This document shows, piece by piece, positions 1 to 13,579 of a stretch of 64,000 bases of DNA. This DNA comes from Octopus sinensis (lineage: Eukaryota), in the NCBI RefSeq assembly GCF_006345805.1, contig NC_042999.1:78182001-78246000 (forward strand), in the 5' to 3' direction. The position numbers and the translations under genes were made by a program. The notes beneath the pieces were generated by a model, which was not told where the DNA came from, made no database searches, and worked only from the letters and a program-made list of their open reading frames with translations. Position 1 is the stretch's first letter, and each line of letters starts with the position of its first letter.

Positions 1-1220
1 AGGAGGGTAAGCTTAGTTTGTAATGGGTGTGTATACGTGTTATATAAACAAAATCCAACTACTTACTGGCCCACACGAAAAACAAAATATCGATCTGAGG
101 AAAACTGATCAATTACAAGAGCTATAAGCCTTACTAACCTGCGCTTTTTTAGTTCAATATCATCACCACAAATGACACGATTATATATTTAAAAAATTAA
201 TAATGGAAAAAAAGCTGTTTAATTTTAGTAGTCAAACTATGAGTGGTAATTAAAATAACCCCTAACAGTCTTATTTACGTTCAGTCTCTCCATCGAAGTA
301 CAGAATGCTTAAAAAATTATTATTCAAGTTTCCCAAATTTTTCAACTACAATTCTCAACTGTTGCGACATCCGCTCTCTTTATAACTAACTATTCCTTTT
401 CTATGACGCACTGAATTCATAACTATTCTACTATGATTAAAAATCAAACCCTAGTTGACACTTATTTCAGCGGCATAGCAGGATGAACGGCTTAGTCTAT
501 TCTAGGAAAGATTCAGACGAGACTAGGAATGTATTTAGTTCAAGGCAGTGACTTGTTTTAGTCATCAATTATCACCGATTTTTTTCTCAAAACACAACTG
601 ATGTACAAAAAGTCTTAAGACAGAAACCACATGAGCATAAAGATGAATGACACCAGTAGAATCCAACATCTTAACGAGCTAAATAAATATCGACGTCATT
701 GCTTAACCTGTTAAAAATATCAGCTAATTTCACCCAAAATCATACCCTACCATACATAACTGAGAACTAGATTTACAAAAAAAAAGATAACAAGCTAACC
801 TGGAGCTAAACAACAATACCTACAAAAAATAGATGGAATTCACTCTGTTATGCCAACGAAATATTCAATTTTAATGTTGCTGCTGCTTACAGTAATGTAC
901 TTGCACCACTAAATGGGACCTACTTAATCTAGGTGAACTGGGCTGTTAAGAAATGAGCGTCGTGGTCATGGCGCAGTAACAAAATATAAAACCAGCAACT
1001 CTTATGCTGGTTATCTGGCTATAAATTGACTACCCTATCGATTATGTAAATTCTCCATACTGTATTCCAACAGAGATCATTCTTTTAAATCAGAGGTGAA
1101 GCTAGTCAACCATTAGGCTTTCTTATCCCATATAAAATCCAATCCTCTACGCAAATGCTGTTAATGCCTTTTAAAAATGCAGAACCATTACAACTTTTCA
1201 TATTCCAAGGTTATCATAAC

Positions 1221-1335
1221 TTATTTCTCTTTACTTCCGGCGCTTCTTGTGTGTGGATAGAACAGTTCTACCTCTGCTTCGTTTCACCATCCACACATCA
1301 CTGAAGGCTAAAACGACGGAAGTAAAGAGAAATAA
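1221..1335. repeat. Short inverted repeat / hairpin in intron 1 of the PP2A B56 gene
   Basis: 19-bp perfect arms TTATTTCTCTTTACTTCCG (1221-1239) / CGGAAGTAAAGAGAAATAA (1317-1335), plus an inner stem TGTGTGGAT / ATCCACACA. Confidence 0.75.
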
Positions 1336-3518
1336 CTCCTGCTAAAAACCTTGTCAAAATACCATTGGATACGTAAAAGAAACACGTGCCCAATATTTCA
1401 GTTCCCCCGCCCCTCGTAAATCCATGGCGACACAATCGTTAAAAACAAACTAGTTTAATAGACCCAAGTGTAGATTTCTTATGAAAACGTGCTGTCTCGC
1501 ATATACCTTTCTCAAGTGTAAGTGACACAAGCTAAGTTTAATGGTTACATTCAAGAAATCGAAACCGAGTCAGAAATGCATTCCAAGTGTCTTAGAATGC
1601 GTATATAAAGAGAAGCATGTTAGTAAAATTTTAATAAAGTATAACAGTACACCATAGAGTTGAGTGAACATGTAATTTACGATGTCTGCTTATATAGTCT
1701 TTCTTGTATGCTGGTTGGGGCACACCTAGATGTCACATTCAAGAATCAAAATTCTTATAATACAATTCATTAAATATTTGACAGATATAGATACGAAAAT
1801 TGCTCAATTCTTATATTTATCGTTTTCGGGAACCATTTCGTTTCACATGCGTAAATTGTGGAGAGAGCATCAATGTCCCAAATACCCATAACACCTCCGC
1901 TAAAAAAAAAACAGCATATTTATGTAAAGAGACAAATACCCGTATTGCACTCCCGTCACTACATTTACCATACTCCTCTTGTGAGTGAGTTCCTCCCTCC
2001 ACCAACTCAGCATCGTTATTATAGAATACCTTAAACACGTGAACATTAGATCGTATTGGCCCTCCCCAATATATCCAAAGTTTTGGGGGGATTTTTGTGG
2101 GGGTTACATAAGAAATAGGTAAGATCCCGAGAGAACATCATAGTTTCTATTCTAGGTTGGAGTCAGTTTACTATACTATACATAAGCTACAAACGCTTTT
2201 GAGAAAAGACAGGGAAACCACACACAATCTGGGCTCCCCTCTTTTCATTATAAATTTGCAATTTTGTGGCCCATATAAATCAATGCAAGAACGATGCAAC
2301 AAAGATGTCTCAGAATAGGACGGTAGTCATTTGGTATCTAAAGTACGAGTTCCAATCCCACGGCAAGTTCACTTAAACGTTTATCCTGTCGGCATTGAAT
2401 CGTTAAAATAAAAATATATACAGTGTAGATTGAAGCGACAGTTATTTTTGCGCTTAGAAATTTATTTTAAGAAAAAAGATTGCTTTTTGTCTGGTCAGAC
2501 GGAAACTGCTATAATAAATTACTGACCAATACAAGGAACACGGGTGAGACTGACAAATTTCAGATGGTAGACCAAACAGCTTGGTTATACTACGAATAAT
2601 AAAACATCGTTCGCCGTCAGAGTTCCATCAGCTACCAACAACTCCACCACATACAAAAAATAATAATAACCTCTAACTAATGTTGCAAATATCCAAGAAT
2701 CGCATACCAGCCATCCCACAAACATCTTTTAAATCCTGGAGTGAAAGAGATTATGAAAGAGTGAGGTAAGAGATTTGTTTAAGAGATAGAGAACAAATGT
2801 GTATCCATTATTATTAGTAGTAGTGGTATTATGGTGACAGTGGTGGTGGCCGAAACAGAGGAACGTAGGATATTGCCTTGCCTTGCTGTATCTTGTTGAA
2901 TTCAAATTCCACTCGTCCGAGATCAATAAAATAATATACCCGTAATTAATGTACTGGAATTCAAACGACTTTTACTCCCTTCTACGTCAATCTAGTAACA
3001 AACCTAATCGAAAGAAATCATTATCATCATGGTTGATTAGCGAGTGAGTTGTGCGGGTGTGCATCGGGCACTGTAGTGTAACGGTAAGTTCTTGTCGACC
3101 TGGTTTCCATTACCAATTGAAAATGCTTCGTTTCACTTAGGTAGCTAATGCCCTTGAGAAACGAATGAACATCACTACCCACTATAGTCTCTTACGTGCC
3201 TATATCAGAAAGCCATTATAATTTCGTTTCAGCTATTTTCTCCCTCGCACTATCATCGCCCTGTTCACACACTCCAAAATACTCAACAGCTGCTCACCAC
3301 CTCATGAACATTTTGTTACTGCACACAAGCCAACGGAACGCTCTTTCACAATCGACTTGACAGCAAGCAACCTCTCCCTCACTGAATGTGCTTTCTCTAG
3401 TTAAATAGTATTTAAATAACACACACACAGCATATATTCTATAAATGCATATAAATATAGAGAATGAAAAGTAGGTCGTTGTATAAAGTTGTGTATGTAT
3501 GTATATATATATATATAT

Positions 3519-3596
<78 letters not shown>

Positions 3597-3782
3597 CACA
3601 CACGCACACATGTCTGTATGTGTTCTTGCATAAACGGAGAAAAACGAAATGACATTTCGATTTTAATCGAATAAATCAAATGGAACAGATATTAATAATT
3701 TAGGCTAATACGATATTTGTCGGCTCTAAAATTCAGGCACATACCTTCATATTCATCCATTGATTTTCCTATACACACAGAC

Positions 3783-3834
<52 letters not shown>

Positions 3835-4474
3835 GTTTTCTTCCTAGGTTAATAATATCTCTCTAGTTTTTAAAGATCAACACAAGAATAATGCGAATGT
3901 TTTACTTGGAATTAAAATCGTTTACATGTGGTATGTGAACCCCATTGCCACAAATAGAGTTATTTCAAGAAACTCCTATTTCAGGTTATTTAGTATTTAT
4001 TGCCATGAACACATACACGCATGCACAATATATATAAATATATATAAATATATAAAAATATATATTACTCATGTGTCTGTTCGTTACTAGCTTTTTTTTT
4101 TTTAGGTTACGTATTTCGTTTGAAGTAATAATTAGTCTCGATTCGGAATGTGTGTGTATGTATGTGTGTGTCTATATATATATATATAGATAGATAGATA
4201 TATATATATATATATATATATGAACAGATTCAAGATGTAGAAAAAGAAATGAGAAAGCGAATATAAATAACAGGCGGAATTACGATTGTGAAGAATGGAA
4301 GAGGAACAAAACAATATGGTAGAAAATAAGAAAACCTGAAGAACAAATTTTATATATGTGTATATATAAACATGGGGAAGGGGTAGAAGACATACATACA
4401 TACATATAAATATATATATTATAACATAACGCAATGATAAGCAGTGAGAAAATGTACATATAAGTAATACTTAC

Positions 4475-4616
4475 CCTTTAGATGAGGTAAAGCTTGCAGC
4501 TCGGGGGCATTCTTAGTTCTGTAATGCGACGATCCCTGAGATCGTTTCTGCCTTTTCGATTTGATGGTCGCTTTACTCGTGAATGGGTCGACCATGTCCA
4601 GGACTTTTGAGGTCAT
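4475..4616 (-). CDS. PPP2R5E: First coding exon of serine/threonine protein phosphatase 2A 56-kDa (B56/B') regulatory subunit, wdb / alpha-beta-epsilon group; the gene continues beyond the left edge
   Basis: Translates to MTSKVLDMVDPFTSKATIKSKRQKRSQGSSHYRTKNAPELQALPHLK, resembling the B56 N-termini (Drosophila wdb ..DPF..KKSQGSSRYR..ELQQLPPLK; vertebrate PPP2R5E ..RQKRSQSSSQFR..ELTPLPLLKD). ATG is in a GCCATGA context and the exon ends at a phase-1 donor G|GTAAGT (4474-4469). The paralog label is approximate. Confidence 0.88.
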
Positions 4617-4918
4617 GGCTTTAAACAATTTCTACGTGTTTATGATATTTTTTTTATCTATTATTTTTTTTTAATTACCAGAACACGTTAAGGTCCGACC
4701 GACCATAAGAAACTAAAAATTTCTCGGTTCTTACATAGGAGGGACCTTAGTAAACTTATAATAATAATAGCATGGCCTCCACCAAGAGGCCAGACACATC
4801 CTTAGGTAGGTTAATTGATTGGTAGGTAGATTGCAGGTATATTGGGAAGATGATATAAATGATTTATCCGAGTATGAAATAATTCGTAAGGCTCGACCCG
4901 CTTAATTTTTAAACTCAC

Positions 4919-5230
4919 CTAGACGCTCCGTAGTATAGAACAATATAACGCATTAATATTTCCATCCGGCTTTTATAACATAATTCAGGAATATTCCAAT
5001 GATAACAATAATTCGAAGAGGAGGCAAGTGTATAAGAAAGACAAAATGCTAAAAAAATTACGGACTTTTACGACAGGGAAGGGGGATTTTCGCCACGGGT
5101 TCGCAAAGCGTCCAGCTTTTCGTATCGTCCTTGAAACTCTCGCAAAAGATCGTTATCGAACGAGATCTGTGTCGAGACTTGCGACTGGTTAGACCTAATT
5201 TGCTAACGCGTTATGTTACACAATCTAAGA
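4919..5230 (-). promoter_or_regulatory. Putative promoter / non-coding 5' exon region of the PP2A B56 gene
   Basis: Locally CpG-rich unique sequence just upstream of the ATG exon, with a consensus minus-strand donor AG|GTGAGT at 4918-4913. Confidence 0.45.
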
Positions 5231-5311
5231 TTATGGATGCTAATAAGCACTTGGATTCAGTTTTGAATATTAATGTATGTGTATATATGTGTGTGTGTAT
5301 ATGTAAATATG

Positions 5312-5354
<43 letters not shown>

Positions 5355-5446
5355 TTATATATATATATATATATAATACTAGCACATACACATATATAAA
5401 GATAGATACAGTGATATAATATAAAAATATATATATGTATATATAC

Positions 5447-5493
<47 letters not shown>

Positions 5494-5560
5494 GATATAC
5501 ATATAAATATATATATGTATATATATATACACACACATATATATATATACATATAAATAG

Positions 5561-5610
<50 letters not shown>

Positions 5611-5611
<1 letters not shown>

Positions 5612-5989
5612 CTCTTTTACTTGTTTCAGTCATTTGACTGCGGCCATGCTGGAGCACCGCCTTTGGTCGAGCAAATTGACCCCAGGACTTATTCTTTGTA
5701 AGCCCAGTACTTATCCTATCGGTCTCTTTTTGCCGAACCGCTAAGTGACGGGGACGTAAACACATCAGCATCGGTTGTCAAGCAATGCTAGGGGGACAAA
5801 CACAGACACACACATACATATACATATACGACAGGCTTCTTTCAGTTTCCGCCTACCAAATCCACTCACAAGGCATTGGTTGGCCCGAGGCTATAGCAGA
5901 AGACACTTGCCCAAGATGCCACACAGTGGGACTGAAACCGGAACCATGTGGTTGGTTAGCAAACTACTTACCACACAGCCACTCCCGCG

Positions 5990-5992
<3 letters not shown>
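5611..5992 (-). mobile_element. tRNA-derived SINE, full length (octopus-type family)
   Basis: Minus strand starts GGCGCGGGAGTGGCTGTGTGGTAAG (A-box-like) with a B-box-like GTTTCAGTCCC. Nearly identical to the + strand copy at 27052-27440. Confidence 0.85.
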
Positions 5993-6021
<29 letters not shown>

Positions 6022-6023
<2 letters not shown>

Positions 6024-8681
6024 CATCATCATCATCGTCGTTTAACGTCCGTTCTCCATGCTAGCATGGGTTGGACGGTTCGACCAGGGTTCTGGGAAGC
6101 CAGAAGGCTGCACCAGGCTCCAGTCTAATCTGGCAATGTTTCTACAGCTGGATGCCCTTCCTAACGCCAACCACTCCGTGAGTGTAGTGGGTGCTTTTTA
6201 CGTGCCACCTGCACAGGTGCCAGGCGGGGCTGGCAACGGCCACGGTCAGATTGGTGTATTTTATGTGCCACCGGCACGGAAGCCAGTCGAGGCGGTGCTG
6301 GCATCGGCCACGAGTCGGATAGTGCTTTTTACGTACCACCAGACCAGGGATCCTGGCTGGTTCAATTCGATTTCGATTTCGCTTGCCCCAACATGTCTTC
6401 ACAAGCAAAGGGGGTTGGCATGGGTGCCTGTCGTACGGTCGCATTGGAGTATTTTACGTGCCACGGCCACGAGTCGGATAGTGCTTTTTACATACCACCA
6501 GGCCAGGGATCCTGGCTGGTTCAATTCGGTTTCGATTTCGATTTCGCTTGCCCCAACATGTCTTCGCAAGCATGGGGGGTTGGCATGGGTGTCTGTCGTC
6601 GGATGAGGTTCTATATCGACTTCGCTTGCCTCAACCAGTCTTTGTGTCCAAGGGAGGAAAGGCATTCATAAGTGGGCTGGGCTCACTTGTCCTGCCTGGT
6701 CTTCTCACGTACAGAATATTTCCAAAGGTCTCGGTCTCTGGTCATTTCCTCAGTGAGGCCTAAAGTTCGAAGGTCGTGCTTCACCACCTCGTCCCAGGTT
6801 TTCCTGGGTCTACCTCTTCCACGGGTTCCCTCAACTGCTAGGGATTGGCACTTTCTCACACACCTATCTTCATCCATTCTCGCCACATGACCATACCAGC
6901 GCAATCGTCTCTCTTGCACACCACAACTGATGCTTCTTAGGTACAACATTTCTCTCAAGGTGCTAACGCTCTGTCGAGTATGTACACTGACATTACACAT
7001 CCATCGGAGCATACTGGCTTCATTCCTCACGAGCTTACGCATGTCCTCAGCAGTCACGGCCCATGTTTCGCTGCCATGTAGCATGGCTGTTCGTACACAC
7101 GCATCATACAGTCTGCCTTTTACTCTGAGCGAGAGGCCTTTAGTCACCAGCAGAGGTAAGAGCTCCCTAAACTTTGCCCAGGCTATTCTTATTCTAGCAG
7201 TTACACTTTCAGCGCACCCACCCCCACTACTGACTTGGTCACCTAGATAACGGAAGCTATCAACTACTTCTAGTTTTTCCCCTGGAAAGTGACGGAAGTT
7301 GTTTTCTGCAGATTTTCGGAGGTTAATGCTCCCGAGCATCTGCCACATACAAAAACTATCTTCCCAGTTAGCCTACCTTTGACATTGCTGCACCTCTTAT
7401 GTGTCCATAGCTTACACTGGGTACATCTTATAGAGTTTCTACCTACACCTTTTCTACAGATCGAGCAGGGCCATCTTCCTGAAGATATTTGTGGATTGTC
7501 TACCTTTCTACTTATTAGTACTTTGGTTTTAGCTAGGTTGACTCTAAGGCCCCTTGATTCTAAACCCTCCTTCCACACCTGGAACTTCTCCTCCAGTTCT
7601 GATAGTGACTCAGCAATAAGAGCAAGGTCGTCAGCGTAGAGGAGCTCCCAGGGACAGCCTGTCTTGAATTCCTCCGTAATTGCCTGGAGTACTATGATAA
7701 ATAGGAGGGGGCTGAGTACTGAACCCTGGTGGACCCCAACCTCTACTTTGAATTCTTCTGTGTACATGTTGCCAACCCTAACCTTACTTACGGCATCTCT
7801 GTACATGGCTTGCACAGTCCTCACCAGCCATTCATCTATCCCTAGTTTCCTCATTGACCACCAGATAAGGGATCGGGGGACCCTATCAAAAGCTTTCTCC
7901 ATGTCAACGAAAGCCAGGTACAGGGGCTTATCTTTGGCTAGGTATTTCTCCTGCAGCTGCCTTACCAGGAATATAGCATCAGTGGTACTTTTCCCTGGCA
8001 CGAACCCAAACTGCATCTCATCTAAACTAACTCTCTCTCTAATTAGTTGGGCTATGACCCTCTCTGTAACCTTCATTACTTGATCCAACAGCTTGATACC
8101 TCTGTAATTATTTGTATCTAGGGCATCACCTTTACCTTTGTAGCAGTTGACTAGTATGCTGCTGCACCAGTCATTGGGTATGACTCCTTCGTGTATCACC
8201 TGGTTGACTATACGGGTGACTAGGTTATAGCCGACACTGCCAGATATTTTGAGCATCTCTGCAGTAATTCCTGATGGGCCTGGGGCTTTCCCTGTCTTCA
8301 TGCTTCTAATTGCCTTAGCTACCACGGAACTATCAACTCGGATAGCTGGTCCCTCTGTAGGGTCAACATTCGGCAGACTCTCTTTATCCCATTCATTTTC
8401 CTCATTCAGTAACCTTTCATAGTGGCGTCTCCAAGCTTCTCTCTTTGCATCCTCATTTAGCGCAAGTGAACCATCCTCCATGCGAACACATTTCTCTCCT
8501 ACCACATCACGATTCTCTCTCACACACTGTCTTGCAACACGAAATACCTCAAGTCTTTCATCCTCACGGCGCAGGACATTGGCAAATTTTCTCTTATCTG
8601 CTTCCCCTCTGGCTAGATAGACCTGTCTCCTAGCTTCCCTTCTGGCAGTCTGATACCCTTCCCTGCTACCACCGTTCTTCC
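6022..8681 (-). mobile_element. RTE-clade LINE, 5'-truncated, young
   Basis: RT motifs NYRGIKLL, FVDMEKAFDRVPR, GVHQGSVLSPLLF, LLYADDL; C-terminal RRLRWYGHVARM..GRGRPRKTW; 3' UTR ending in an (ATG)n tail; both ends in (TA)n. Confidence 0.95.
6683..8681 (-). pseudogene. RTE reverse transcriptase ORF with one frameshift near 7280
   Basis: ORF 7270-9036 (genuine part starts at ~8681) and ORF 6683-7348 join as ...TSVTFQG/EKLEVVDSFRYLG after a one-base shift in a G/A run. Confidence 0.9.
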
Positions 8682-8753
<72 letters not shown>

Positions 8754-9711
8754 CTAGCACATACACATATATAAAGATAGATAGATAGATATAGTGATAT
8801 AATAGAAATGTGTGTGTGTGTGTGTAATATAGTTCTGTCATTTTTATACTGTGTACAAATGTGTGTAACATGTTTTTGTACATTACGCACATACATACAT
8901 ACATAGATATATATATGCATGTATGTACATATCTATGTGTAAGTGTGAATACACACACACACACACATATACAGACATATATATATGTGTGTGTGTGTGT
9001 ACCATAAAAAATTAGGAGGTATATGTATGCATGCATATGTGTCTCTGTGTGTATTGGTACCCTCCAGCTTCTCTTCCCCTCATTACTGCCCCCTAATCCT
9101 TTGCCTTATTTTCTGTCATTGTCCTTTCCCCACAGCATTCCCTTTCCTCTTTCTCCCTATCTAGCCTTCCCCTGTACAATCCACATGCATTCTTTCAATG
9201 ACACTCTCCAGATTCCTAACCCCTCACACCTATTTCTCCCTTTAATGTCCCTCTTCTCTCATACTTGCATCCATACTCACCCTTATAATGCTGTGGAAGT
9301 GGCAGCGGGAAGAGTCCTGGACCCCACCCTACACAACCCACTTTAATACATTACTACTTTTTCCCTCCTTTTCTCACTCACCCTTGACATAATTCCTTTC
9401 TCTTACCTTTCTCCTGTCCATCCAATACTCCCTGCCCCAATAGTACCTACTTTGTTATTCATTCCACTACCACCATCTCACAACTACAAATCAGTTCTCA
9501 TTATACTTTACCTTCTGCACCTTCTTTCTTTAATTCTTCCTATGTAAGAGTTAATATGAACCCTTAGTCTTGTATTTGACCTCACTAGAGCTGGAACCAT
9601 GAGACAAAGCACAGGCTAAGTTCTGTAAAACAGTTGGCATTAAGAAAGGCATTTAGCTGTATAAACTATGCCAAAGCAGACATTGGAGCTCAATGCAGTC
9701 CTCCAACTGCA

Positions 9712-9935
9712 TATCATCATCATCATCATCATCATCGTTTAACGTCCGTTCTCCATGCTAGCATGGGTTGGACGGTTTGACCGGGGATCTGGGAAGCCAG
9801 AAGGCTGCATCAGGCTCCAGTCTTATCTGGCAATGTTTCTACAGCTGGATGCCCTTCCTAACGCCAACCACTCCATGAGTGTAGTGGGTGCTTTTTACGT
9901 GCCACCTGCACAGGTGCCAGGCAAGGCTGGCACCT
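9712..9935 (-). mobile_element. RTE 3'-end fragment
   Basis: (ATC)n followed by TTTAACGTCCGTTCTCCATGCTAGCATGGG..., nearly identical to 6022-6240. Confidence 0.85.
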
Positions 9936-10544
9936 GTGCAGGTGAGGCTGTGCAGGTGTATATATGTATGTGTGTGTGTCCTGAGTATGCCTTTAATTTG
10001 TCTGGTAGTGGGACACTGGTATGGGAGACCAGGAATTTGAGGAGCGTGGAACCACCTCTTACTCACTATTGCTTCCAGGTCTACTCTAAATCAGAGTTGT
10101 AGCATCTACCAGGGTCCCGTGTGAACCACTGGGAGTGAAGGATCCCTAGTTCTTGTTAGAACTTCCTTCTGACCATCTCAACCTCGACTGTACTACTGGT
10201 TTTATAGCATATTGTGTTGAAAAGTGGGTTCAGTGCTGTGCAACACTTTATCCACTCGAAACAAATTCGCACAGAGAAACTTCTTGGACTACCAGAACAT
10301 TTGCATGGGCTTCCTGAGTGTGGGAAATGGTCTTACTCAGTTGTGAGTTGACTTCCACCATGTGTGTTGGGGTGGGGATTGTGTATGTGTGTGCATACGC
10401 ACGTGCACATGCTTGTGCACATGTGCATGTTTACGTCGTAAGATTTTAGAAATTTTTGAGAGACATAAAGTAAATTATTTTTAACAGTGGAGCATGAAGT
10501 AGATAAAGCTATAAATAATGTGTTGAATATTGGGTTAAAAAGCC

Positions 10545-11195
10545 TTGGATATGTATGTATGCATACTATTATGCAGTTTTATTTCAAGATTTCTTGCCAA
10601 TAGAGAAAGGGCCAGTTTCTAACCTAGATCCAAGGTTCTCATTGGAATTTCTCTAACATAAAAAGGGTATTTTTGCAAGTATCTGTGTATGTGTGCAATA
10701 TTTGGAGTCAGTGCATGTGCAGATTTGTATGTCTTGTTTTATGTATTTTCATGCATATAGTTGCATGTCTAGACATGCACATATATACTTAAATGTTAAA
10801 CTTCTGGAAAGTTTTACAAATTTTTACAGTTCCAGTGATGGCTTCGATCTGTTGGCTTCAAATCAGCTTTCTCCTCTCTGGTTTCGCGAAGCCTAATTTC
10901 TCAAGATTGGTACTTAGGTTTTGCATTATATATTCCAGTGCCCCAATAATTACAGGGATAAACCTGAACATGTAATCTGAGTAGAGTAACTCTAGATTTT
11001 TCAATAGTTTAACATAGGTATTTCTTTTTCATTGATCTTTAGGCTTATGTTAACATCTACTGGATAGCTGATTTCCGCGACTGTACAGTTTCTCTTCTCT
11101 GTCCCAAAACACTATGTCAGGTCTATTATGTCTACATTTTATTGAGGTTTTCACTGGGACATTCCATCAGTATTTCTTCTTATTATAAGTGGCTA
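10545..11195. repeat. Unclassified dispersed repeat; further copies at ~20785-21245 and ~21290-22075
   Basis: Shared blocks among the copies: AAACTTCTG(G)AAAG, TTCTCAAG(A/T)(T/C)TG, GTTAACATCTA, CATTTTA(C/T)TGA. Confidence 0.6.
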
Positions 11196-11229
11196 TGTCC
11201 TGAGGAAGGGACAATGCCCATGACCTTTG

Positions 11230-12190
11230 CAGGCTGTCCAAGTGCAACCAGTGAATTTTGATGAGGTTAAATCCATTTAAATTGTTGTAAGTCAACATCT
11301 GCAAAATCTACAAGGAGTGAGATTCCATAGCACCAAAGATTTGGGAAGAAAGATTCAACATATAGTTTGATGTAGAAACTGGGAGTGGGGAGTAAGACAT
11401 AACAAGGATGAGGGGATAGAGAACTGAGCAAGTTGTTTTGCTCTGCCTCTTCAAACACTTCTTAGAGACGGTACACAACCAGCTCAAAGAACAAAGAGCA
11501 TTACAGTAACAATAGGAAAGACCAAGGGATGAGATAGCATGTTTGAGAACCAAAATCTGGAGCTTGTTTGTGAATGGTTTAATGCCAATCAGTTGAGTGG
11601 CTCTTTTGTAGACACAGTCCACAAAATGAGTATAGCAGCAACACCATCCCAGATGTAGGAGTAAAACTGAATTGTAAGCTTTTCTTAAGCTTAGTAGAAT
11701 GTCAGCAATTTTTGTGGACTGAAATATTATCTGGCTCTTAACAGAAGTGCCCTTCTCTGTTAGGATGAAACTCAAGCTATGTTAGAGATCCTTGATGATA
11801 GGGATGCCCAATATTTGAAATGACCATAAGAGTTTGAGCTGAGAGCAACATATTCTTCCATAGGGTGGGTAATATGATAGTATCTTCTTAATATATGTAG
11901 AGCTTGTGTTTTGTTTTGTTTTTCTATTTTTTCTGTTGTTAATTGAGACATGATAGGCATCACCCTGCTAGAAGATTCTCTTTTTGAGGTCTCCACTCAT
12001 ATCATCAATGTAGGTTTGGTGTGTGGATTTGAGGTTGGATGTAGATAATGCATATTTGATAAAGGTAAAGGAGATAAAAAGTGTTAGGAGATCTACATAA
12101 GAGTGAGCATTGTTGGATGTAGCAAGCACATCATTGACATATAAAAGGTAGAGAGAGGGAGACAAAATTGAATCCTGGGGCATGCCAGAG
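11230..12190 (-). mobile_element. Degraded L2/Crack-like LINE (RT C-terminus to 3' end)
   Basis: PQDSILSPSLYLLYVND..HSYVD (degenerate PQGS..YADD). The 3' end resembles fragments at ~35920 and ~53390. Confidence 0.65.
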
Positions 12191-13107
12191 TTGATTCAGA
12201 GTGAGGGACAGAAATAATTCCATTAACATATGCCATGATATGTCAATCTGATTGAAAGCTACTGAACCATATATAGTGTATGTACTCACGCACACACACA
12301 CACATACACTCACATGCACACATATAGAGACATATATACATACATACTTATATATATATATATATATATGGCGCATGCCTCAATGGTTAGAGCATCAGTT
12401 TATCTTAATAATTTTGATGGGGCTCTACCCTGTACTGTTCTTTCACTCCTTTCGTTTTCTCTCTTTCTTCCTTTCTCTAATTCTTTTTTCTCCCCTTCTC
12501 CATTTTCTATCTGTCTCTCTCTCTCCTTCCCTCTTTCTCCTTTACTCTCTCTCATTGCTCATCCATGACCATCGTCCATCTTTCTTCTCCTCATGTGATC
12601 ATCTTTCTTTTCCTCACGTAATCATCTTTCTTTTCTTTCAGTCTGTCTTACAGACCAGATGCATTCTTATCTGTCTCCTCTTCTATCTTTTCTCTTATCA
12701 AAGACAATATTCCTCCAGCATTCGCTACCTTACCTGGTCTGGCCAAACAGCTCTCCATGTTTGTTTTCGTTTGGTTTGTTGTATGTCTCCACTGTCCTGT
12801 TTTTGTTACCAGCTTTGACCCTCCGCAAATCCCAAATTTTATTTTGGTTTCCAGGAGCAACTGCTTTTTGAAGCCTCATATTGTCGTTAATTGCTCAAAA
12901 TGAGGAGTAGATGGACAGCCAATAACTGATGAAGGGTCGTTATTAATGTTACTTGTCTTGTTTTCCATTTGTTTCTCTCGTTGTTTGCATACCCAAGTTT
13001 GTCTTCGTATTTCATGTTGTTTACGTTTTGTGATGTCCTGTACCCATACATTCATATATATTCATATGTATGTACGTATATGTATGTATATATTTTATTT
13101 ATATTAT

Positions 13108-13154
<47 letters not shown>

Positions 13155-13562
13155 CAGTCAATCTAACCAGTTATGCTGATGACACAAAAGTATCACAGGC
13201 AGTGAGGAACCCAGAGGACACCATAAAACTGCAGGTGCCAGGGGAGGCTGGCAACAGCCACAATCGGTTGGTGGTTTTTACGTGCCACCGACACGGAAGC
13301 CAGTCAAGGGGGTGCTGGCATCAGCCACGTATAGATGGTGCTTTTTACATGTCACCGGCACGGGTGCCAGAGTAGGCTGGCAACGGCCAGGAACAGTTGG
13401 TGCATTCTACATGCCACCGACACAGAAGCCAGTCAAGGCAGCGCTGGCAGCGCTGGCATCGGCCACATACAGATGGTGCTTTCTAGGTGCCACCAGCACA
13501 GGTGCCAGGGTAGGCTGGCAATGGCCACGAATGGTTGGTGCTTTTTACGTGCCACCAGCAGC
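13155..13562. mobile_element. Tiny CR1-type RT fragment (+; SYADDTKV) fused to RTE 3'-UTR subrepeats (-)
   Basis: LTSYADDTKVSQAVRNPEDTIKLQ at 13160-13233, followed by tandem GGTGCTTTTTACGTGCCACC units like those at 6190-6490. Confidence 0.65.
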
Positions 13563-13579
13563 ATAAATATATACATACA

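Noticed and set aside
1800-2038. Overlapping short ORFs on both strands
   Set aside because: No similarity to the expected B56 exon 2 (..ELF.KKL.QC..FDF) or any family I recognise; likely intronic.
8682-9036. N-terminal extension of the 588-aa RT ORF
   Set aside because: Read-through into flanking microsatellite; RTE homology starts at ~8681.
12915-12960. CTGATGA suggesting another hammerhead
   Set aside because: No suitably spaced stem II and GAAA downstream.
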